Positions 22,541 through 32,000 of a stretch of DNA of 32,000 nt are shown here, piece by piece. Each line of letters begins with the position of its first letter. Within the stretch, counting starts at the first letter, position 1. The translations under genes were made by a program, and so were the position numbers. Where the stretch lies: positions 4,050,001-4,082,000 of the forward strand of contig NC_009483.1 of assembly GCF_000016745.1 (NCBI RefSeq), in the 5' to 3' direction. This DNA comes from Geotalea uraniireducens Rf4 (lineage in GTDB: Bacteria > Desulfobacterota > Desulfuromonadia > Geobacterales > Geobacteraceae). The notes under the pieces are model-generated. The model worked only from the letters and a program-made list of their open reading frames with translations. It did no database searches and was not told the origin of the DNA.

Positions 22541-25500
22541 ATGATACGTTGGATCATTGGATCGAGCTTGAAGCTTCGACTCGTGGTGGCTGCACTCGCG
22601 GTGTTGCTGATGGTTTTCGGCTTCTCTCAGCTTGGAGAGCTTGAGGAGCTACCGGTGGATGTCTTGCCCGAATTCTCACGGCCGCATGTGGAGGTTCAAA
22701 CCGAGGCCCTGGGTCTGTCTGCCGAGGAAATTGAAGCGTTGATAACCACTCCCATGGAGGCGGATTTGCTCAACGGGGTGTCGTGGGTGAAGGAGATCCG
22801 CTCCGAGTCAATTCCCGGCCTGTCGTCCATCGTTCTCATCTTCGAGAAAGGCACCGACGTCATGCGTGCCCGGCAAATGGTGCAGGAGCGGCTGATCGGG
22901 GTGTATGTGTTGCCGAACGTGGCGACGCCGCCTACCATGATCAATCCCCTATCCTCGGTCAGCCGGTGCATGGAGATCGGGCTGACCTCGAAAACAATGT
23001 CCCTGATTGATATGTCGGTGCTCGCCCGTTGGACGATCAAGCCCCGCTTGATGGGCGTACCCGGCGTGGCGAATGTGTCGATTTGGGGCCAGCGGGAGCG
23101 GCAGTTGCAGGTGCAGGTCGATCCGAAAAGGTTGCGGGATGAAGGCGTTTCGCTGATGCAAGTCATCAGAACCACAGGCAATGCGCTGTGGGTGTCCCCC
23201 TTGACCTTTCTGGAAGCATCGACACCCGGCACCGGGGGGTGGATCGATACCCCCAATCAAAGGCTCGGAGTCCGACACGTCCTGCCCATTAAAACGGCGG
23301 AGGACCTGGGCCGGGTGACCATCGAGGACGCGCCATCGAAGGACCTGCATGATGTAGCCACAGTGGTGGAAGACCATCAACCGCTCATCGGTGATGCCAT
23401 CGTTGACGACGCCCCGGCGCTCATGTTGGTCGTTGAGAAATTTCCATGGGCCAATACGCTGGAAGTGACTCAGGAGGTGGAAGAGGCGCTGGCGGCCTTA
23501 CGGCCCGGACTATCCGGGTTGGAGATGAACTCCTCCCTCTTTCGACCGGCGACCTTCCTTGAGTTGGCGGTCAGGAATCTCTCCACGGCTCTGCTCATCG
23601 GTGCCGTTCTCATAATTGTGGCGCTCTTTGCCTTTTTTTTCAACTGGCGTACCGCGCTGATCAGCATCGTGGCACTCCTGGTGTCTGTGTTCGCAGCCGG
23701 GACCGTGCTCTACGCATGCTGGGCAAAATTCAACATGCTGGTTATCGCCGGGCTGATAGTAACCCTCGGCGTCATCATCGACGACGCGATCGTCGACACG
23801 GAAAATATCGTACGGCGTCTCCGACAGGCCCGAGAAGAGAACAACGGCAAATCAACTGCGGCCATCATTTTCGAGGCTGCGGTCGAGATGCGCAGCCCCA
23901 TCATCTACGCGACGCTGATCGCAGTGCTGGCGTTGATACCGCTTTTGTTCCTGGAAGGCGTGTCCGGCGCATTCTGGAAGCCCATCGCCATCTCTTACAT
24001 GCTGGCGATGCTCGCCTCCACGGCGGTTGCCATGACCGTCACGCCGGCGTTGAGTCTGCTGTTCTTGCGTAAAGACTCGCTCCAGAGGGGCGATTCTCCG
24101 GTCATGGCGATGCTGCGCCGTATCCACAGCGCCATTTTCGGGTGGGCCGGCCGCACTCCGCGCCTGGCATTCGTCGCTGTTTGCGCCGTCCTCGTTGCCG
24201 GACTCGTCTCCATACCATTCCTCCGTCAGGAATCACTGCTGCCGGACTTCAAGGAAACGGATCTCGTGATTCGGTGGGAAGGTGGTTCCGGCGCATCTCT
24301 TCCGGCAATGAGCCGGATCACGACTCTGGCCAGCCGCGAACTGCGCTCCATTCCAGGGATCCGCAACGTCAGTGCCCATGAGGGGCGCGCCATCATGTCG
24401 GATAAGCGCGCGGGAATCAACTCCGGTGAACTTTGGATCAGCATCGATCCTGCCGCCGACTATGACGCGACAGTGGCCTCGGTAAAAGAAGCGGTCGCAG
24501 GCTACCCCGGTCTGTCTCCTGAAGTACTGACCTACCTGGAAGCGAAAGTCAGAGAGGAGCTGCCGGGGACGGGCGAATCCTTCATTGTGCGCGTTTACGG
24601 CGAGGACATGAAGATGATCCGCTCCAAGGCGGAAGAGATACAGAAAGTCCTGGCGGGGATCAACGGAATCGTTGATGCAAAAGTGCAGTATCCAAAGGAA
24701 GAGCCGACTCTGGAAATCGAAGTAGATCTTGAGAAAGCGAAACGCTACGGCCTCAAACCCGGCGATGTGCGACGCGCGGCGACCACATTGGCGTCAGGCC
24801 TTTTAGTCGGCAACCTTTTCGAGGAACAGAAGGTATTCGAAGTGGTGGTGCTGGGCACGCCCGAAACCCGCCGCAGCGTGAACAGTATTAAAGATCTTCT
24901 GATAGACACGCCCGGGGGGGGGCACGTGCGTTTGCAGGAAGTGGCCAACGTGCGCATTACGCCGGCTGCCACCGTCATCAATCGAGATGCCGTTGCGCGC
25001 CGCATGGACGTAACCGCCAGCGTGCATGGACGCAATCCCGCCACTGTCGCGGCCGACGTCAACCGCGGCATTCAGCAGGTCAGCTTCCCGCTTGAGTACC
25101 GCGCGGAACTGTTAGGGGAGTATGCGGAGCGCCTCGCTGCCCGAGAGCGTGTGTTCGCCTTTGCAATTGCCGCTGCCATCGGGATTTTCCTGCTCCTGCA
25201 GGCCTTCTTCCTGAGCTGGCGCCTGGCGACAGTCGTCTTCCTGACCCTGCCGATGGCCCTGATGGGGGGTGTGCTGGCAGCGTTCCTGAGCGGCGGCCTT
25301 ATCTCGCTCGGTTCGATCATCGGCTTTTTCGCGGTATTGGGAATTGCCGTGCGCAACTGTATTTCGCTGGTCAGCCGCTATCGCCATCTCGATCGCCATG
25401 AAGACGAACCCGTCAGCGCCGACCTGGTCCAGCGCGGCACCAGCGAACGGTCCGGCACGATCTTGATGGCTGCGGCAACAACAGCATTGGCGTTCTCCCC

Positions 25501-25714
25501 CTTGGCACTATTCGGCAATATTGCCGGCCTCGAAATTGTGCAGCCGATGGCCATCGTCGTTCTGGGCGGCCTGGTCACGACGACATTTTTCACCCTGGCC
25601 GGTGTGCCCGCCATCTACTTGTTGTTTGGCACCAAGCGCGAACCCGATCTTGAGCTGGAAGTGCGTGAGGCCATCCCGAACGGTCAAGGGGTGGAGGAAG
25701 TCGTGCCGAAGTAG
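22541..25714 (+). CDS. RND efflux transporter permease, HME (CusA/CzcA)-like, paralog 1
   Basis: 1057 aa with AGGGAGG SD. The N-terminus MIRWIIGSSLKLRLVV... is CusA-like. It has 12-TM plus two large periplasmic loops. The TM4 motif is LGVIIDDAIVDTENIVRRL. Confidence 0.9.
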   Translation: MIRWIIGSSLKLRLVVAALAVLLMVFGFSQLGELEELPVDVLPEFSRPHVEVQTEALGLSAEEIEALITTPMEADLLNGVSWVKEIRSESIPGLSSIVLIFEKGTDVMRARQMVQERLIGVYVLPNVATPPTMINPLSSVSRCMEIGLTSKTMSLIDMSVLARWTIKPRLMGVPGVANVSIWGQRERQLQVQVDPKRLRDEGVSLMQVIRTTGNALWVSPLTFLEASTPGTGGWIDTPNQRLGVRHVLPIKTAEDLGRVTIEDAPSKDLHDVATVVEDHQPLIGDAIVDDAPALMLVVEKFPWANTLEVTQEVEEALAALRPGLSGLEMNSSLFRPATFLELAVRNLSTALLIGAVLIIVALFAFFFNWRTALISIVALLVSVFAAGTVLYACWAKFNMLVIAGLIVTLGVIIDDAIVDTENIVRRLRQAREENNGKSTAAIIFEAAVEMRSPIIYATLIAVLALIPLLFLEGVSGAFWKPIAISYMLAMLASTAVAMTVTPALSLLFLRKDSLQRGDSPVMAMLRRIHSAIFGWAGRTPRLAFVAVCAVLVAGLVSIPFLRQESLLPDFKETDLVIRWEGGSGASLPAMSRITTLASRELRSIPGIRNVSAHEGRAIMSDKRAGINSGELWISIDPAADYDATVASVKEAVAGYPGLSPEVLTYLEAKVREELPGTGESFIVRVYGEDMKMIRSKAEEIQKVLAGINGIVDAKVQYPKEEPTLEIEVDLEKAKRYGLKPGDVRRAATTLASGLLVGNLFEEQKVFEVVVLGTPETRRSVNSIKDLLIDTPGGGHVRLQEVANVRITPAATVINRDAVARRMDVTASVHGRNPATVAADVNRGIQQVSFPLEYRAELLGEYAERLAARERVFAFAIAAAIGIFLLLQAFFLSWRLATVVFLTLPMALMGGVLAAFLSGGLISLGSIIGFFAVLGIAVRNCISLVSRYRHLDRHEDEPVSADLVQRGTSERSGTILMAAATTALAFSPLALFGNIAGLEIVQPMAIVVLGGLVTTTFFTLAGVPAIYLLFGTKREPDLELEVREAIPNGQGVEEVVPK

Positions 25715-25747
25715 GGAACGATATGAGACAAGTAACGGGAGGCAACA

Positions 25748-26197
25748 ATGCAGAAGCACATGAATCGTATGACGGCTTTAGCACTGGTCATCGCAGTTAT
25801 GCTTCTTGCGGCGTGCAAGAAAACCCATGGCACGCAAGACACCGAGCATCCGGCTGAGGTCAAGAAGGTCGAGGGGACGGAACTGAGCCGTGTGACGTTG
25901 AGCGAGAAGGCCATGCAACGGATTGACCTCAAAACCGACCTGGTCCGTGAACAACGGGTGTCGCGCTCGGCCTCACCGCAAAAGGTCGTCCCCTATTCTT
26001 CGCTGATATACGACCCGCAAGGCCAATGCTGGATATACACCTGTCCTCAACCTCGAACCTTCGTGAGGCATAAAGTGGAAGTCGATTACATCGAAGGCGA
26101 TCTCGCTGTTCTGAAGGACGGCCCACCTATCGGCACGGTCATCGCGTCCGTAGGAGTGGCGGAGTTGTATGGCACCGAGTTCAAGGTTGGACATTGA
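25748..26197 (+). CDS. Small lipoprotein resembling a minimal membrane-fusion (periplasmic adaptor) protein that lacks the lipoyl and alpha-hairpin domains
   Basis: GGGAGG SD and lipobox LLAAC (signal MQKHMNRMTALALVIAVMLLAAC). VTLSEKAMQRIDLKTDLV resembles the MFP N-terminal beta-strand. VVPYSSLIYDPQGQCWIYT...FVRHKVEVDYIEGDLAVLKDGPPIGTVIASVGVAELYG resembles the MFP C-terminal beta-barrel region. Total length is only 149 aa. Confidence 0.55.
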   Translation: MQKHMNRMTALALVIAVMLLAACKKTHGTQDTEHPAEVKKVEGTELSRVTLSEKAMQRIDLKTDLVREQRVSRSASPQKVVPYSSLIYDPQGQCWIYTCPQPRTFVRHKVEVDYIEGDLAVLKDGPPIGTVIASVGVAELYGTEFKVGH

Positions 26198-26266
26198 CCA
26201 AGGATCCAAGGATCTGTCAGGAAATAAGTTTGTTTCGTGACAGGCCCTAAAGAGGGGTTTACAGCC

Positions 26267-29419
<3,153 letters not shown>

Positions 29420-29444
29420 ACTATAAATAGGAGGAGAAGATACA

Positions 29445-30380
29445 ATGAAATCAAGATGCCGCATCCCGTCGCCATTTTACGTGATACTGGTATCCTTCGC
29501 TTGTTGCATCGGGCTGTTGAGTGGCTGCACCAAGGCTCAGGAAAGCAAGACCGAAACCAAGGCCGAAACCAGGACCGACAGCCAGCCTTCCGAGAAAAAG
29601 TTCGAGGACTTCGTCCCCAACAACTTTTCCGATCCAACCAGGATCGACAACGAATGGCTGCCCATGAAACCGGGAACGCGATGGGTTTATGAGGGCATCA
29701 CCATCGAGGATGACGGCAAGGCCGTTCCTCATCGCGTAGTGACGAACGTCACCGATCTGACCAAGGTGATCGGCGGCATCCGCTCGGTGGTTTCCTATGA
29801 TCTGGACTACAGCGATGGCGAACTGGTGGAGGCGGAGCTCGCTCTTTTCGCTCAGGATAACGCCGGTAACGTTTGGCGCATAGGCGAGTACCCCGAGGAA
29901 TACGAAGACGGAAAGCTCATCGCGGCAAAGCCCTGGATCCATGGCCTTGAGAATGCGAGAGCCGGGATAATGATGAAGGCCAAGCCGCAGGTCGGGACTC
30001 CGAGTTATGCCCAGGGATGGGGACCCGCAGTCGATTGGACGGACCGCGGAAAGGTGGATCAGATGGGCCAGGAGACCCGTGTCCCAACGGGCAATTACAA
30101 GGACGTTCTGGTTATTGCCGAGACCAGCCAATCGGAACCGGATGCCGAACAGCTCAAGTACTACGCACGCGGTGTGGGGAATGTACGCGTGGGCTGGAGA
30201 GGGGCGGGAGAAAAAACAAAAGAGACACTGGAACTGGTCAAGTTTGAGCAGCTCGGTCCGAAGGCCCTGGCCGAGGTTCGTCAGAAGGCGATGAAACTGG
30301 AGAAGAGCGCCTACAAGAACAGCGGGAAGCTGTTCTCTCTGACGCCGCCGGCGGAGCCGATGCCCGGCAGAGCTCAATAA
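29445..30380 (+). CDS. Lipoprotein of unknown function (paralog A of the following gene)
   Basis: AGGAGGAG SD and lipobox LLSGC. ...IDNEWLPMKPGTRWVYEG...VTNVTDLTKVIGGIRSVVS...LFAQDNAGNVW..GEY...YEDGK...GIMM...VG..Y.QG...YYARGVGNVRV. I recognise no named family. Confidence 0.7.
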   Translation: MKSRCRIPSPFYVILVSFACCIGLLSGCTKAQESKTETKAETRTDSQPSEKKFEDFVPNNFSDPTRIDNEWLPMKPGTRWVYEGITIEDDGKAVPHRVVTNVTDLTKVIGGIRSVVSYDLDYSDGELVEAELALFAQDNAGNVWRIGEYPEEYEDGKLIAAKPWIHGLENARAGIMMKAKPQVGTPSYAQGWGPAVDWTDRGKVDQMGQETRVPTGNYKDVLVIAETSQSEPDAEQLKYYARGVGNVRVGWRGAGEKTKETLELVKFEQLGPKALAEVRQKAMKLEKSAYKNSGKLFSLTPPAEPMPGRAQ

Positions 30381-30459
30381 GTGAATTGTGAATCCGTGAG
30401 GGCTCGGGGCTCGATCAGGTTGGCTTTTGATCAGAAAAAAAGAGAAAAGAGATGACAAA

Positions 30460-31173
30460 ATGATTAAAAAAATGCGTCCGTATTTTCTCATCATGGCTTT
30501 AGTTGCCGCTCTGTCTTGTGTCGCAAGCAACCATGCCTTGGCGGAAGAGTGGCTGGAAGATTTCAATTTAGCCGCCCGAAAACTGACTACTACCGGGAAA
30601 TCAAAATATTTCGTTCTTGTTCCTGGATTCCAGATTGTTCTGGAATCCCCGACGGAAAAGATCACGATAACGGTGCTTGACGAAACAAAGGAGATAAACG
30701 GCATCACCACGAGGGTAGTTGAAGAAAGGGAACTGAAAAACGGAAAGTTGCACGAAATTTCGAGAAACTTCTTTGCCCTGGACCCGAAAACCGGTGATGT
30801 TTTTTATTTCGGTGAAGATGTGGATGACTATAAGGAGGGGAAAATCACGAGTCATTCAGGGACGTGGAAGGCGTATGAAAATGGAAACAAACCCGGTCTG
30901 ATCATGCCCGGAAATGCTGAAGTCGGGAAAAAGTATTACCAGGAGATCGCGCCGGGCGTAGCAATGGATCGGGCTGAAGTCGTCAGTGTGTCCGAGACGA
31001 TGAAAACTCCGGCAGGAACATTCGATAATTGTTTAAAAATCCGGGAATCTTCAAAAGATAAACCGGCACCGGCAGAATACAAAACTTATGCACCCGGCAT
31101 TGGGTTGATACAAAAAGAAGATGCGAAGTTGATTCGCCATGGATACCTGAAGGGAAAGAGTGCTCCGAAGTAA
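30460..31173 (+). CDS. Secreted protein of unknown function (paralog B)
   Basis: Signal peptide MIKKMRPYFLIMALVAALSCVASNHALA. It aligns block-wise with 29445..30380 (KYFVLVPG..., VLDETKEINGITTRVV, FFALDPKTGDVFYFGED...YKEGK, GLIMP, VGKKYYQE, TPAGTFDNCLKI, YAPGIGLIQ). An alternative start is ATG 30472. Confidence 0.7.
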   Translation: MIKKMRPYFLIMALVAALSCVASNHALAEEWLEDFNLAARKLTTTGKSKYFVLVPGFQIVLESPTEKITITVLDETKEINGITTRVVEERELKNGKLHEISRNFFALDPKTGDVFYFGEDVDDYKEGKITSHSGTWKAYENGNKPGLIMPGNAEVGKKYYQEIAPGVAMDRAEVVSVSETMKTPAGTFDNCLKIRESSKDKPAPAEYKTYAPGIGLIQKEDAKLIRHGYLKGKSAPK

Positions 31174-31201
31174 CATATAAAAACAGAGGAGACAAGATAT
31201 C

Positions 31202-31531
31202 ATGGAATCGAGCAACAGTCGTTTCAGGAAGGGTGCATGGTCTATCGCGGTGGTGATCGTTTCGGTTTTCACCTGGTTCGGCTCGGCCGGTGACCTTTTG
31301 GCGGCGGCCGGGAACAAACCGCGGTTGGAGCAGCCGGTTGCAAAGATCTCAGGGGAAAAGGCGACCGAGATCGCGCTGAAGGAAGTGCCCGGCAAGGTTA
31401 CCTCCGTTGTCATCGAAAGAAAACGCGGCAAGAACGTGTACGTTGTCGAGATCATCGAGAAGAGCAGCGGAGGGGAAGTCGATGTTCTGGTTGATATGAA
31501 GACGGGGAAAGTGTTGGGAACGGAAAGGTAA
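31202..31531 (+). CDS. PepSY domain-containing membrane-anchored protein
   Basis: GAGGAG SD and N-terminal TM AWSIAVVIVSVFTWFG. ISGEKATEIALKEVPGKVTSVVIERKRGKNVYVVEIIE.SSGGEVDVLVDMKTGKVLG is the PepSY (PF03413) pattern. Confidence 0.8.
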   Translation: MESSNSRFRKGAWSIAVVIVSVFTWFGSAGDLLAAAGNKPRLEQPVAKISGEKATEIALKEVPGKVTSVVIERKRGKNVYVVEIIEKSSGGEVDVLVDMKTGKVLGTER

Positions 31532-31592
31532 TGATTAGCACCCCACGCCGCCTCGACGGCGCTTTATCGGGGAAAAACCTCGGTGAAACGCG

Positions 31593-31638
31593 CTTCGACT
31601 CCGCTCAGCGCACGAACGTTCCCTGAGCGGAGTCGAAG
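31593..31638. repeat. 16-bp-stem GC-rich hairpin (REP-like or atypical terminator) downstream of the PepSY gene
   Basis: CTTCGACTCCGCTCAG (31593-31608), a 14-nt loop, then CTGAGCGGAGTCGAAG (31623-31638). No T-tract follows. Confidence 0.5.
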
Positions 31639-31691
31639 GGAACTGAACTTACTCAGAAGTCTGAATTATTTGTACCAAGGAGCTTGCTACC

Positions 31692-32000
31692 ATGAAAAAT
31701 ATGATTCAGGCAATTGGGACGATCGTTGTGATCATCCTCTTTGCCGGCAACGTTTGCGCCCAGGCCCAGGGCAGTCCGGGTACCGAGGAGTTCGGCCTGA
31801 CCCCAAAGCAGCTTGTCCAGTCCATCGAGAAGGTTGAAGCGCTGATCTCCAGGTGCATGCGTGACCATGGGTTTCAGTACGTTCCCGTTGACTATATCAC
31901 GGTGCGCAATGGCATGGGCGCCGACAAAAACATGCCCGGGCTCAGCGAGGAGGAATTCATCAGCAAGTACGGATTCGGCGTTTCGACAATGTACACGGGT
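31692..32000 (+). CDS. Secreted protein of unknown function (N-terminal 103 codons; runs off the right edge)
   Basis: Absent from the track because it has no stop. AAGGAG SD lies 9 nt upstream of ATG 31692. My translation is MKNMIQAIGTIVVIILFAGNVCAQAQGSPGTEEFGLTPKQLVQSIEKVEALISRCMRDHGFQYVPVDY..., which includes a signal peptide. Confidence 0.6.
   Translation, partial: MKNMIQAIGTIVVIILFAGNVCAQAQGSPGTEEFGLTPKQLVQSIEKVEALISRCMRDHGFQYVPVDYITVRNGMGADKNMPGLSEEEFISKYGFGVSTMYTG

Noticed and set aside
29451-30710. 419-aa minus-strand ORF overlapping the two paralogous lipoprotein genes
   Set aside because: The plus-strand genes have strong SDs, lipobox or signal peptides and mutual paralogy. The minus-strand ORF crosses their intergenic spacer and has no features.

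Overview
GC-rich bacterial chromosomal window. Gene content and G/C-rich palindromic repeats suggest an anaerobic Geobacter/Desulfuromonadales-like organism, but that is inference only. I see no rRNA, intact tRNA, CRISPR array, transposase or integrase.

Layout:
(1) 1-5240: housekeeping-type small genes. These are a partial class-A-like serine hydrolase, DUF2147, a VOC protein, a secreted protein with an R/Q/E-rich repeat tail, YceH, an EVE-domain protein and YehS/DUF1456. An AT-rich 830-bp intergenic region here carries a tight cluster of consensus DnaA boxes.
(2) 5272-20379: a 14.8-kb block in which every gene is on the minus strand. It is bracketed by two inverted copies of a 169-bp hairpin-forming MITE-like element. 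It contains an NHEJ operon (two tandem Ku paralogs, stand-alone LigD polymerase domain, LigD phosphoesterase+ligase, and a translationally coupled DUF72 gene), followed by an alpha/beta hydrolase, pirin and a HAD hydrolase. It also contains a metal-homeostasis array: CzcD-like CDF, radical SAM protein, periplasmic protein, ZIP importer, methyltransferase-PAS-GGDEF protein, and a CDF fused to a NifX/NifB-like domain.
(3) 20380-22540: REP-rich spacers, a PhnB-like VOC gene and a K/E-rich secreted protein.
(4) 22541-32000: a plus-strand cluster. It has two paralogous HME-like RND permeases separated by a 149-aa lipoprotein that looks like a drastically truncated membrane-fusion adaptor. Two paralogous secreted or lipoproteins of unknown function, a PepSY protein and another secreted protein follow. 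No canonical adaptor or outer-membrane factor is present.

The best candidates for something undescribed are the atypical RND cluster, the DUF72-coupled split NHEJ operon, and the radical-SAM / CDF-NifX metal cluster. All functional calls rest on by-eye motif recognition and no database search was possible.
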